64,000 nucleotides of DNA from Hyphomicrobiales bacterium (GCA_041725915.1 JBGRPZ010000009.1:499-64498); one strand, 5' to 3'; positions 20,596 through 30,541 are shown, counted from the stretch's first letter. Notes: generated by a model not told the origin, from the sequence alone. Translations and numbers: made by a program.

Positions 20596-21606
20596 ATGGA
20601 CTTTATAAAATGGTGGACTTTATTATTTATACTGATAGTTAATGGTTCTTATTCTCAGGAAAGTAGCAGTTTTAGGTGTGTAGCTCTTGGTGTAAAAGGA
20701 GGAGGTTTTGAGAATAATTTAACATCTTTTCTAATTCAAGGGGATAGATCAAAAAAGATGATTTGTCTTGATGCTGGTTCTTTACTTTCATCTATTGATC
20801 ATGCTTATAATAAAGGCAGTTTTGGTTTCTTGAATATTAATATTAAGTCTGATACTCTGCCTGTAGGTCAGATTTTGTATAATCACATATCTTCTTATCT
20901 GATTTCTCATGGGCATTTTGATCATATTTCAGGTTTGATAATAGCCTCACCTTTGGATAATAATAAAAAGATCTTTGCTTCTTCTCCTACATTTCGAAGC
21001 CTTCATGAGGATGTTTTCAATTGGAGTTCATGGGCTAATTTTACAGACAGGGGCACTTCTCCTTATATTAATAGATATAAAACTGTTGTAATGGACTTTC
21101 ATAAGTTCTATAAAGATGAAGATAGTGGTCTTGAAATTAAAGCATACCCATTAACTCATGTGAAGGGATATAGTAGTACTGCTTTTCTTATAAAGAATGG
21201 AGGAGATTATATTTTGTACTTTGGTGACACTGGATCAGATAAAATACAAGAAGTTGATAATCTATCGAAGGTATGGGAAGAAGTTGCTCCATTGGTACAA
21301 AGTAAAAAGCTGAAAGCTGTTTTTCTTGAATGTTCTTTCCCTAATGAACGTGCAGACCATCTTCTTTTTGGGCATTTAACACCTAAACTCTTTTTGTCTG
21401 AACTATCCAAATTGGCAGATTATAGTACTGATAAAGATGCTTTACCATTAGAGGGACTTAAGGTTGTAATAACTCATATAAAACCATCTCTAATAACAAA
21501 AGACGGAATCACAAATAAGAGCAAGATAATAAGACAACTGAAAGATGGTAATAATTTAGGATGTAAGTTAATTTTCCCTGAAAGAGGTGAGTGTTTAGTC
21601 TTATAA
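20596..21606 (+). CDS. class II 3',5'-cyclic-nucleotide phosphodiesterase (MBL fold), with signal peptide
   Basis: 336 aa. SHGHFDHISGLIIASP matches the class II PDE signature HxH[L]DH[LIVM]x[GS][LIVMA][LIVM]2xS[AP] with one L-to-F change. The N-terminus MDFIKWWTLLFILIVNGSYSQ is signal-like. Confidence 0.7.
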   Translation: MDFIKWWTLLFILIVNGSYSQESSSFRCVALGVKGGGFENNLTSFLIQGDRSKKMICLDAGSLLSSIDHAYNKGSFGFLNINIKSDTLPVGQILYNHISSYLISHGHFDHISGLIIASPLDNNKKIFASSPTFRSLHEDVFNWSSWANFTDRGTSPYINRYKTVVMDFHKFYKDEDSGLEIKAYPLTHVKGYSSTAFLIKNGGDYILYFGDTGSDKIQEVDNLSKVWEEVAPLVQSKKLKAVFLECSFPNERADHLLFGHLTPKLFLSELSKLADYSTDKDALPLEGLKVVITHIKPSLITKDGITNKSKIIRQLKDGNNLGCKLIFPERGECLVL

Positions 21607-21611
21607 AAAAA

Positions 21612-21639
21612 ATACCCCAAAAGTAATCCTTTGGGGTAT
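21612..21639. terminator. bidirectional terminator between the PDE and USP genes
   Basis: ATACCCCAAA-agtaatcc-TTTGGGGTAT hairpin with A-run and T-run flanks. Confidence 0.6.
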
Positions 21640-21659
21640 GAAATATTTTTTGTGTTTTA

Positions 21660-22499
21660 TTATCTGGTTACAATTTTCTTCCAGTTAAAATCTCTAGGAT
21701 TGATACACATAACAGGTATCTGAGAGCTGTTAAGGATGATATCTTCATCATAACTACCCATGATAAAAGTCTTTAGGCCTTTATCAGGATTTGTCATAAT
21801 AAGAATCATTTCTGAGTTGATAGAAGTACTATAATCAATCACTTGTTTAGTGAAGTTACCGCTCTTATCAGCCTTTATTGTTTCAAATTCAACTTCATTA
21901 GCTTTGAAGTGATTTGTTATAAGAGTTAAAGCATCTTCGATTTGTTCTCCTTCAGTATGGAAAACATGTATCTTTGCATTGAATTTCTTTGCTACAAAGG
22001 CTGCCCATTTGGTTTTTTCCCATGGACCAGCATCAGAAGTAATAGGAAGTACCATATTGTTAACTCCCTTATCTATTTTTCTCTTTTGCACTGTAATCAC
22101 AGGAACGTTTGAGCTTTCTATAACTTTCAATATAAAGCTACCAGTAAGTTTCTGCATTCCTACTTTACCATGTGTACCTATATATATAAGACCAGCTTTA
22201 ATTTCATCAGCAACTTCTGAAATTGTATTAAAGATATTTCCTTCAATAGCTAAAGTTTCAACTTCAATATTGAATTTCTCTTTTAAAGAAACAGCTTCTG
22301 TTCCTAATTTTTCTTTTATATCTTCTTCAGAAAGATTTTCCTTTTTTAAATCAGCTTTTGTGTTTTTATCAATTACATGTAATAAGACAAGCTTATAGTT
22401 AAGTTCTTGAGCTGTTTCTGCCCCCATTATTACAGCATTGTTTCCTACTTCTGAAAAATCTGTAGGAACAAGGATCACGTTGTTGTTAATATTTTCCAT
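21660..22499 (-). CDS. tandem universal stress protein (UspA family)
   Basis: 279 aa. VILVPTDFSE, IGTHGKVGMQ and VLPITSD blocks form two Usp domains. Confidence 0.75.
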   Translation of the reverse strand: MENINNNVILVPTDFSEVGNNAVIMGAETAQELNYKLVLLHVIDKNTKADLKKENLSEEDIKEKLGTEAVSLKEKFNIEVETLAIEGNIFNTISEVADEIKAGLIYIGTHGKVGMQKLTGSFILKVIESSNVPVITVQKRKIDKGVNNMVLPITSDAGPWEKTKWAAFVAKKFNAKIHVFHTEGEQIEDALTLITNHFKANEVEFETIKADKSGNFTKQVIDYSTSINSEMILIMTNPDKGLKTFIMGSYDEDIILNSSQIPVMCINPRDFNWKKIVTR

Positions 22500-22536
22500 G
22501 GATGATGATTTATTGTAATTATATAATAGTATATGC

Positions 22537-23127
22537 TTAATGACAAAAGTTCAGAAGCTCTTTGATAAGAATAAGATTCTTTTTCTTCCCTTCGGATCTG
22601 CTTTCAAAAGCAGATTTTGTAAAATATTCATGATGTTCAAGAAAGAGAATCTGAGATTGATACCATTCAATTAGGTTGGTTTGTTTAAGACCAAGAACTT
22701 CCCATTCATATCTGAGTTGATGCGATATCATAAAGAAATCTTTTCTACCCAAATAATCCAAGTCTGCATCACAGATGATTTTTTCACAGATGGTAGTAGC
22801 ACTTTGAGGAAGTTTAGTTGTCAATATCATACGATTTATTTTCTGTATCTGTTCCTCAGTATAACCATAACCAGGGAGAATTTCATTTGCTATCTCTATA
22901 GAAGCATCTTCATGTCCTTGGTAAGTTTTAAGCATCCCAGTATCATGAAATAATGCTGCTGTTTTGACAAGAATAGTATCTTCTTTGCTCAATCCTTCTA
23001 TTTCACAGAGTTTTGTCGCAGATTCTATTACATCCATAGTGTGTGAAGTACTATGATAATATAAATTTGGATCTAGCTCTTTTAGAAGTTTTGGTACAAT
23101 GACTTTATAAGCCCCCTTGTAGTTCAT
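22537..23127 (-). CDS. HD-domain metal-dependent phosphohydrolase
   Basis: 196 aa. Contains H..ST.HTMDV and ALFHDTG (the HD motif) plus a downstream DADLDYLG block. Confidence 0.7.
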   Translation of the reverse strand: MNYKGAYKVIVPKLLKELDPNLYYHSTSHTMDVIESATKLCEIEGLSKEDTILVKTAALFHDTGMLKTYQGHEDASIEIANEILPGYGYTEEQIQKINRMILTTKLPQSATTICEKIICDADLDYLGRKDFFMISHQLRYEWEVLGLKQTNLIEWYQSQILFLEHHEYFTKSAFESRSEGKKKNLILIKELLNFCH

Positions 23128-23177
23128 ATCATCTGTTTATGTGCTAAAATAAATTATTTTCTAATAATAAGAAACTC

Positions 23178-25280
23178 TTATTTTGAATCCAGTATTTCTA
23201 TCCCATTCCAATTTTCAGGTTTCCCTTCTGCAATGTATTTATTACATCTTTTATAATAAATGTTTGCGACATCATCATTTTCATTTAGATTGATAATATC
23301 TTTAAACAAAGCTTTTGCTTCAGTGAATTCTCCTTTTTGATAGAGAGCAATACCATTGTTGAAAGGCTCAATTGTTTTTGTCTTTAAATGTACTTGTTCT
23401 TTAGAATCTCCATCAAAGATTTCATAGATATTTACAGCTTCATTTTTCCCTTTAACTTTGACAATATCAATAAACCTATAATTGTAGTGCATAGGATGTT
23501 TTATCTTCCGGAATGTGTCTTCTGAGACAAGAATAGCAACACCATATCTCTTGGTTAAGCCTTCAAGTCGAGCAGAAAGGTTTACTGCATCAGAGATTAC
23601 CGTTCCATCCATTCTTCCTTCACCACCAACAATACCTAACATCAAGTTACCTGTATGTATTCCTATTCCGGATTTTATAGCTTGTTTTCCACATTGATTC
23701 TGAAATATGTTGAACTCTATAAGTTTCTGTCTCATTTCTATTGCGGAATCTATAGCTTCTTCAACAGTGTTTGGATATAATGCCATGATAGCATCTCCAA
23801 TAAACTTATCAATAAAGCCATGATGTCTGTGAATGACTGGTTCCATAATGCCCAAATAGTTATTGAGGAAATCAAAATTATCCTTTGGGTTCATCTTTTC
23901 GGATATAGAGGTGAATTCTCTGATATCACTGAACATAACAGTCATTTCTTTTTGTACCTGATCACCAAGATTAATTTGGTCGATACTGTCTTTTCCTAAA
24001 TATTCAAGAAACTGTCTTGGAACGAATCTTGAATTAGCTTCATTAATTACTTTTATATTTTCGAAATAGGTTTCTAACTTATCAGTCATCTCATTGAAAC
24101 CTTGAGTCAACTCTCCAATTTCATCATTTGTAGTTACAGGAGTATATGAAGAAAGATTACCGCGTCCAGCACTTTGTACATGCTTTAACAACTTGCTTAC
24201 TGGTATGATAATATCTTGTGTAGTCCAACTTAGAAAGAAGTATATATATATAAGAGATACAATAACACCCATAATAACACCAGCAATCATTAATACAGAA
24301 TCTATACTACTTATATAAGGATAATATCCCAGATTGCTGATAAAAAGGTCATTTATGTCCAAATTACTATGAACATTTCCTAAGAGTAATTGCTTCTGCT
24401 CAAGACTTAAAACGCTTGTGTCGTTTATTGTTGATATACTAATATAAACATAGAAGAGTACAGTACTTAATGGTAGTACTGTTGTCATGATACTGGATAT
24501 CCAAAGTCGTGTTTTTATCTTACCAATCCTATAGCTGAAGATGCTTTTATTAAGCTCTTTAGGAGAGAATATTTGTTCCAGATATTTAATGTGAACACGA
24601 TGTTTTTCCCATGAATAGACAAATAGTATTGTTAATAATGCAGCAATAATAGAGATAATCAAACTTTCTTCTGAGTATTTCTGATAATAGATGTTATTTA
24701 CAAAGTGGTTAAAATAGAACATTGTATTTGTTATAATAAACCCTATAGCAAAAATACAAGCATTGATTACCGGACTTATAATGATAAACCTCTTGCAAAA
24801 TTTAAGATGTGATCGGCTTATTCTCTTTCCTTTTCGTTTTCTTCTAAAGTAACTTTTGAAGGGAAAGTTAAAGAGATAACCGAATATTATCATAATAACA
24901 TATATCTTGAAGTTGCTAGAAGAACTTCCTAGGGAGAAAGATCCTTTATCAGATTCTAGCTCTATATTTATTATTTTGGGCTCTTCTGGGAAGTGAGATA
25001 TAGGTAAACCTTCTTTTATGGGTGAATCATTTTTATCTAGATAAGGGTATTCTTCATTTTCTTGTTTTGAGTCTTTTTTATCTTCTCCGGCATTTAATGT
25101 TAATTTATATCTGAAATTATCGATGTCTTTACCTCTAAGTATAGATTCAATAGGTGCTGTGAGAAGAAAGTAAAGGAAAAGTGAGAATATGTAAATTCTA
25201 AAAACAAAAAATTTAGGGGGTCTTTTAGTATTTCTGTCTTGGCCAAATATCTTCTGCCTCTTATTAGTAGTTCTTCTCAT
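23178..25280 (-). CDS. membrane class III adenylate/guanylate cyclase with HAMP linker and C-terminal TPR-like tail
   Basis: 700 aa with multiple TM segments. HAMP-like NDEIGELTQGFNEMTDKL. Cyclase core VMFSDIREFTSISE...IGDAIMALY...GIHTG.LMLGIVGG...TVISDAVNLSARLE. Confidence 0.8.
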   Translation of the reverse strand: MRRTTNKRQKIFGQDRNTKRPPKFFVFRIYIFSLFLYFLLTAPIESILRGKDIDNFRYKLTLNAGEDKKDSKQENEEYPYLDKNDSPIKEGLPISHFPEEPKIINIELESDKGSFSLGSSSSNFKIYVIMIIFGYLFNFPFKSYFRRKRKGKRISRSHLKFCKRFIIISPVINACIFAIGFIITNTMFYFNHFVNNIYYQKYSEESLIISIIAALLTILFVYSWEKHRVHIKYLEQIFSPKELNKSIFSYRIGKIKTRLWISSIMTTVLPLSTVLFYVYISISTINDTSVLSLEQKQLLLGNVHSNLDINDLFISNLGYYPYISSIDSVLMIAGVIMGVIVSLIYIYFFLSWTTQDIIIPVSKLLKHVQSAGRGNLSSYTPVTTNDEIGELTQGFNEMTDKLETYFENIKVINEANSRFVPRQFLEYLGKDSIDQINLGDQVQKEMTVMFSDIREFTSISEKMNPKDNFDFLNNYLGIMEPVIHRHHGFIDKFIGDAIMALYPNTVEEAIDSAIEMRQKLIEFNIFQNQCGKQAIKSGIGIHTGNLMLGIVGGEGRMDGTVISDAVNLSARLEGLTKRYGVAILVSEDTFRKIKHPMHYNYRFIDIVKVKGKNEAVNIYEIFDGDSKEQVHLKTKTIEPFNNGIALYQKGEFTEAKALFKDIINLNENDDVANIYYKRCNKYIAEGKPENWNGIEILDSK

Positions 25281-25336
25281 TATATCTTCTTCATATTAAC
25301 ATTGCCCAAAAATAAACAATAAAAGACTAAAATAAA

Positions 25337-25366
25337 ATAAGCAAGAGTTTATTCTCTTGCTTATTT
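25337..25366 (-). terminator. terminator of arcA
   Basis: AATAAGCAAGAG-tttatt-CTCTTGCTTATT hairpin lies 22 nt after the arcA stop, with a T-rich tail on the minus strand. Confidence 0.6.
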
Positions 25367-25387
25367 TAATATATAATGCTTTGCTTC

Positions 25388-26650
25388 TTACCAATTAACA
25401 GATTTTCTTCTTAGAGGCATAGTCATGCATCTAGCTCCTCCGCCTCCTCTTGATAGCTCTGAACCACCAAAAGTCACAATATATTTATTGTAATCATTAA
25501 GTGATACTTTATCACTTATAACGTCTTTTGCGTCAAGAACATTAAATCCATGTTTATCTAATTGTTCTATAGTATGAGTATTTCTACCATATCCAATTAT
25601 CTTACCAGGTCCCATAGCAAAGAAGTTTGCTCCACTTTGCCATTGTTCTCTTTCTTTGAAGTATGAATCACTTGTTCCTCCACAAGAAATAGGCTCAAGA
25701 TCGATTCCTAAAGGTTTCAAGCCCTCAAGAATGTTAGGGATCTCTTTGATTTCTTCAACACGACCTCCTTTTACAGTGATCTTTATAGTTTGGAATTTAT
25801 AGTTGTTTAGAATCAATGGTTCATAAATCATACATTTATCTCTATCGAGGAAGGTAAATACCATATCTAAATGTATGAAAGATTCTGGCTTAGATGGTAG
25901 TTGTTGTGCTATAATTGTCATATCCATCTTATGTGCCTTTAGATATGCAAGAATAGAGTCTATACCTTGGGAGCTGGTTCTTGGTCCTGTTCCTATAAGA
26001 AGTACATCTTCACGAGCTACTAAGAAGTCTCCTCCTTCGATTGTTGCAAGAGAAGGTTCTTCTGATCTTCTGGCAGGATTGATTGTTGAGGTTTCAAAAA
26101 CAGGATGATAATCAAAAATAGCTTCCATTATCATTGTTTCTCTGGCTCTTACTTTACTAGCCATATTACAAATCAAAACTTTATCTAACCAAGATGCTGA
26201 GGCATCTCTCATAAAGAAAAAGTTTGGTAGAGGTTCAAGGGAATATCTGTTATTATCAAGGAAACGTGTAAGGTTATCCTTTTTCATTTCTACCCCTTCC
26301 AGAATCTGACGGCATATTTCTTCATTTGATAAAGCCATCATTTCTGCTTGAATATCATGGGTAGCATCTTGCTTGCAAATACGTGCAACAAGATTTTCCT
26401 TTACTTTATCATTCTTGATTATGTCAAGAAGAAGATCTTTAAGTTCAAAAGTTCTTGTCGCTTTCTTTAGTACACCTTGAAACTCGTTGTACTCCTGTGA
26501 TGCTACTGATAAGTTTAATATGTCATCATATAATGCTCTGCTGGCATTTTCTGGTGTCATATTTTCTACTTCTCTACCTGGTTCATGTAAGATGACTCCT
26601 TCGAGTTCTCCTATTTCGGATCTGACATCTATGGTAAGCTTATTATCCAT
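25388..26650 (-). CDS. arcA: arginine deiminase
   Basis: 420 aa. N-terminal SEIGELEGVILHEPG, internal FMRD and EGGD blocks, and the C-terminal catalytic Cys motif GGGGARCMTMPL. Confidence 0.85.
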   Translation of the reverse strand: MDNKLTIDVRSEIGELEGVILHEPGREVENMTPENASRALYDDILNLSVASQEYNEFQGVLKKATRTFELKDLLLDIIKNDKVKENLVARICKQDATHDIQAEMMALSNEEICRQILEGVEMKKDNLTRFLDNNRYSLEPLPNFFFMRDASASWLDKVLICNMASKVRARETMIMEAIFDYHPVFETSTINPARRSEEPSLATIEGGDFLVAREDVLLIGTGPRTSSQGIDSILAYLKAHKMDMTIIAQQLPSKPESFIHLDMVFTFLDRDKCMIYEPLILNNYKFQTIKITVKGGRVEEIKEIPNILEGLKPLGIDLEPISCGGTSDSYFKEREQWQSGANFFAMGPGKIIGYGRNTHTIEQLDKHGFNVLDAKDVISDKVSLNDYNKYIVTFGGSELSRGGGGARCMTMPLRRKSVNW

Positions 26651-26878
26651 TTGTTAATGCTCTTTATCAGAATGTTAAAATTTTGCCCTATCTATTAAAA
26701 AAACGTGCTAAACTAATAAAATTTTTTAGACTGCTATTTTTTTTTTGCGGCTGAGCTTAGGTACTGCTTCTTATTTATATTTTTCTAAATAAGCAAATCT
26801 CTTTTAGTTCTATGTACTTAGGTTGAGTAAATACTAAGCTATGATGCCCGAATAGAGGGATATAAATTTGAACTCCTT

Positions 26879-27820
26879 TTATGCTTGTAATAAGTTTTTG
26901 ATCTGTTTTATTTGATCTTTTGGAAGATAATTTTCTTTTGTTTGGCAGACTATTGATGATAATAAAATTCCATTATGAATTACCTTCTTCCAATCTTCCT
27001 GACTGAATTGCTCAATACTTTTATGCTGTATTAATGTGCTTACAGTAGAGCAAATCCCTGCATCAAAGTTATCGCCTGCTCCAATTGTTGTTGCAGTTTC
27101 TATTTCGGGAACTTTTTCTTTCAATATATATTCATTTGTATAGAAATAAACATCATCTTTATTTTGGGTATATATAAAATACTGTACTCCTAGACTTTGT
27201 ACATATGCCCATGCTTCATCTGAACTATTGGCATTGCAAAGCACTTTGAAATCTTGGTCACTACCTCTGACTATAGTTGCGTTTTTTATGTTTACCTCCA
27301 GATGTTTCCGGGTTTCCGGATCTTGTAGATTTATGCTTCTTCTGATATTAGGGTCGAATATGGTGATTGCTCCATTATCTTTTGCTCTTTCTACTATAGC
27401 CTTTATTATATGGTGTTGTCTTTTGTCGACAGAGAAATACCCACTATAGAATAGGATATCATTTTTGTTTATGCTTAATTTAGGGGAGATAGCACAGGGA
27501 AGAGATTTGTCATCATAAATAGTATATGAGGCTTCGCCTTTATTGTCCAGCATTGCAATAATGATAGTAGACCTTTTTCCTTTACAGATATTGACAAATT
27601 TCGTATCTGCTTTCTCTTCAGATAAAGATTTAAGAATAAGACTTCCAATATCATCATCCCCAATTTCTGTTACTAATGAACAGTTTACCCCTAATCTCGA
27701 TAAGCTGATACATGCATTACTTGCACTGCCACCAATAATAGCATTTGTAGGCTTTTGGTCTTTAAATGAAATATCTATAGCGATATTCCCAAGAAGATAT
27801 ATATTGTTATTCTTAGTCAT
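26879..27820 (-). CDS. PfkB family sugar kinase (fructokinase/ribokinase-like)
   Basis: 313 aa. N-terminal GG motif (IGGSASNA) and C-terminal TIGAGDNFDAG (the PfkB DTxGAGD-type signature). Confidence 0.75.
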   Translation of the reverse strand: MTKNNNIYLLGNIAIDISFKDQKPTNAIIGGSASNACISLSRLGVNCSLVTEIGDDDIGSLILKSLSEEKADTKFVNICKGKRSTIIIAMLDNKGEASYTIYDDKSLPCAISPKLSINKNDILFYSGYFSVDKRQHHIIKAIVERAKDNGAITIFDPNIRRSINLQDPETRKHLEVNIKNATIVRGSDQDFKVLCNANSSDEAWAYVQSLGVQYFIYTQNKDDVYFYTNEYILKEKVPEIETATTIGAGDNFDAGICSTVSTLIQHKSIEQFSQEDWKKVIHNGILLSSIVCQTKENYLPKDQIKQIKNLLQA

Positions 27821-28314
27821 TATAGTTTTATTTTCAACAAAATTAGTTCTTTATCTTAAAGTTTATTGCGTGAATCCTGATGGCTTTTGTTTAAATAAAC
27901 AACATCCAAAGGTGTGTTTTTCTTTTAGAGTGTTATAGAATATTCAAATTAGACACATCTACATTTATGGTTTATAAAACTACCAAAACAATCAAGACTT
28001 TTATATCGCTTTCCTATAAAAGCAGGCATCTCTGTTGTAATTTACTTCACCACTTCTATGAAAATATAAGAAAATAAATCGCATAAGTGCGAAGACGTGA
28101 TTTAGGTACTTACTAATGCATAATCGTTCTAAGTAATTATGAGTATTTTCGACCTTAAAATGGGATGAAATCGGTATGTTTTAACCTATGTTTAGGTATT
28201 AAAAGAACCATTTCATGGTCTTAGAGTCGATTTTAAGGACATTTTCTCTCAATAAAAAGCAGTAAAGTACAAAACGTTAGGATTGATTTTGATGAAAGTG
28301 CTCTTACATTATTC

Positions 28315-28437
28315 AAAGTCTCGAGTGTTTGCACTAAAGTCTCGAGTGTTTGCATCAAAGTCTCGAGTGTTTGGGGTGAAAGTCTCGAGTGTTTGGGCTA
28401 AAGTCTCGAGTGTTTGGGCCAAAGTCTCGAGTGTTTG
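28315..28437. repeat. array B: six perfect copies of the 17-mer AAAGTCTCGAGTGTTTG with 4-5 nt variable spacers (21/22-bp period)
   Basis: Copies lie at 28315, 28336, 28357, 28379, 28400 and 28421. Spacers are CACT, CATC, GGGTG, GGCT and GGCC. The 17-mer is an imperfect palindrome around CTCGAG. Confidence 0.95.
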
Positions 28438-28826
28438 AAATTAATATCGACTTACTTTTGTGTGAAAAACGACGTGTGTATATCGCTGTAATATAGGTGT
28501 TTGCATTGTGTAAAGTTTGTGTTGTATTATCAGAATTCACAAAAAACAATATTTTGTAAGTATACAGAAAGCAGAAAAAGCGATAAATTAGGCCGTATGC
28601 AAGTGTGAAATTATAATGATAAAGAGAGAGTGTAAAGTTTTGAAGATAAAAAAAAGAGTGTTTTTTTTATTTTCTGACTACAGAAAAAATATCTTTTTTA
28701 TTTGAAAAAATAGTTTTCTGTTTTGGTTATCTTTAGTCTCTTTTAAAAAAACGAACTGTAAATCCTTGTTTAGGATCTCAATTATAATTTTTATGTTTGA
28801 GATGTATTTAAAACTTTAACTATAAT

Positions 28827-30539
28827 ATGAAGCTTTTTTACTCCGTAATTTTATTTTTTATATGTTTTGTTGCCCTTAGTCAAGAGCAAGAGAAGTCTTT
28901 TGAGACCTATTTTTATGATGATTTTAGTACCTCAGATAATAGATGGTCAATTGTAAATAAATCCTATAGATATTCATATATCAAAGAAGGGAAGTTGTAT
29001 GATTGGAATGGGTATGATGAAATTAATAGTTTTAATGTAATAGATCTTAATAATATTAAGTATCAGGGAGCTTATAAACTATCATTTTCTCTTTCAAATT
29101 TGAATAATAAGAAGGATATAAAAACTTCGGTTTACTACAGAGATTATGATAATAGCCCTTTTAAAAGCAGATCAGTTGATCAGATTGAATGGGGGGTAGT
29201 TTGGGATTATAAAGATGATCAGAATTATTCTACTATAATCTTCAGGAATAAAACACATAAGATAGATCCACGATTCTCTATAAAAGAGAATTCTTTGACC
29301 GAGTTTAAATGTGTTACTTTTATAAATGGACATGAGAATATAAATTTGGATTGGATTACTCACCATTCACTAAATAATTATCAGATAAGGAATAATATTG
29401 AAGTCCTATGCTGTTCTAATTTTATTGACCTTACTATCAATGGCAAGAATTTTGGGAATATTCCTTTATTCAACAAAAGGAATACAAAGTTTGGAATTTA
29501 TATAGGTAGTGGATCTGCTGTTGAGCTATACGATATGAGGGTTAGTTATCCATCAAAATGCTACTTTGCAGAAGAAATATTGAAGAAAGGGAATGATGCT
29601 TTTGATTATGGTTATCATGATAAAGCTATTATTTATTATGACTCATGTATAAATATGAGATGTGATTTAGCTGAAGCATACTATAGAAGAGCTTATGCGA
29701 AAATGTATCAAGGAGCTTTTAAAGAAGCTATTTTTGATTGTGATCAAGCTATAGATATGTGTGAGGATGGTTGTGAAGACTATTATTTTTTAAGAGCAAA
29801 TTGTAAAATAGAAACTCAGGATACTACATTAATGAGTGATTTATCTCATGCTGGATATAAAGGTTATATCTTATCAAAGCAACTTATGGGCCAGGATGTT
29901 CAGATTAATAAACAAATGGAGCCTGAGACTGCAAGTGGCTTAGTGTTATCTGAAAAAGGATATATATTGACAAATGAGCATGTCATCAGAGATAAAACAT
30001 CAATATGGATAGATGTGTTAGAAGAGAATATAAAACATTCATATAGGGCGCAAGTAATACGTGTTGATGATTATGCCGATCTTGCTGTTTTGAAGATTGA
30101 TGATCCCAGATTTAAAGGATTTGCCCAAATACCCTATTTGTTTTCTATTATAGGTACGCAAGTTGGTGATGTTGTTTATTCTTTGGGTTATCCAATGATA
30201 GATATGCAAGGAGAAGAAATTAAAGTAACAGATGGGATTATAAGCTCGAAGACAGGTTTTCAGAATGATTTAAGAACATATCAAATAACGGCATCTATTC
30301 AACCAGGTAATAGTGGGGGACCTATAATAAATAAATCGGGAATGGTGATAGGGATAGCAAATTCAGGTATTCCTGATGCTGATAATGTAGGGTATGCTGT
30401 AAAATCTTCTTATATCGTGAATTTGATAGAGACAATAAGTGGTGTTGATGTCCCCAACTATCCTGCTTATGGTCTAATGTCGTTTTCGAGAAAGATAAAA
30501 AAGCTATCAGAATTCGTTGTGCTGATAAGAACAAGATAA
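28827..30539 (+). CDS. secreted multidomain protease: N-terminal jelly-roll-like domain + TPR + trypsin-like S1C peptidase
   Basis: 570 aa with a signal peptide. TPR-like AEAYYRRAYAKMYQGAFKEAIFDCDQAI. S1 triad context TNEHV (His), DLAVLK (Asp), GNSGGPIIN (Ser). Confidence 0.7.
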   Translation: MKLFYSVILFFICFVALSQEQEKSFETYFYDDFSTSDNRWSIVNKSYRYSYIKEGKLYDWNGYDEINSFNVIDLNNIKYQGAYKLSFSLSNLNNKKDIKTSVYYRDYDNSPFKSRSVDQIEWGVVWDYKDDQNYSTIIFRNKTHKIDPRFSIKENSLTEFKCVTFINGHENINLDWITHHSLNNYQIRNNIEVLCCSNFIDLTINGKNFGNIPLFNKRNTKFGIYIGSGSAVELYDMRVSYPSKCYFAEEILKKGNDAFDYGYHDKAIIYYDSCINMRCDLAEAYYRRAYAKMYQGAFKEAIFDCDQAIDMCEDGCEDYYFLRANCKIETQDTTLMSDLSHAGYKGYILSKQLMGQDVQINKQMEPETASGLVLSEKGYILTNEHVIRDKTSIWIDVLEENIKHSYRAQVIRVDDYADLAVLKIDDPRFKGFAQIPYLFSIIGTQVGDVVYSLGYPMIDMQGEEIKVTDGIISSKTGFQNDLRTYQITASIQPGNSGGPIINKSGMVIGIANSGIPDADNVGYAVKSSYIVNLIETISGVDVPNYPAYGLMSFSRKIKKLSEFVVLIRTR

Positions 30540-30541
30540 TT

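Noticed and set aside
28150-28240. Nested imperfect inverted repeat (CCTTAAAAT/ATTTTAAGG and ATGAAAT/ATTTCAT) that could be a structured RNA or MITE hairpin.
   Set aside because: The stems are short (7-9 bp), AT-rich and interrupted by an 11-nt bulge. This is not distinguishable from chance in AT-rich DNA without covariation data.
28315-28437. Possible miniature CRISPR array (conserved repeats with variable spacers).
   Set aside because: Repeats of 17 nt and spacers of 4-5 nt are far outside CRISPR dimensions. There are no cas genes and no leader.
28355-28549. 64-aa minus-strand ORF with repeated NTRDF(G/S/H)P segments.
   Set aside because: It is simply the translation of tandem array B. 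The 22-nt third unit breaks the frame on the other strand. There is no start context or family resemblance, so I treat it as non-coding.
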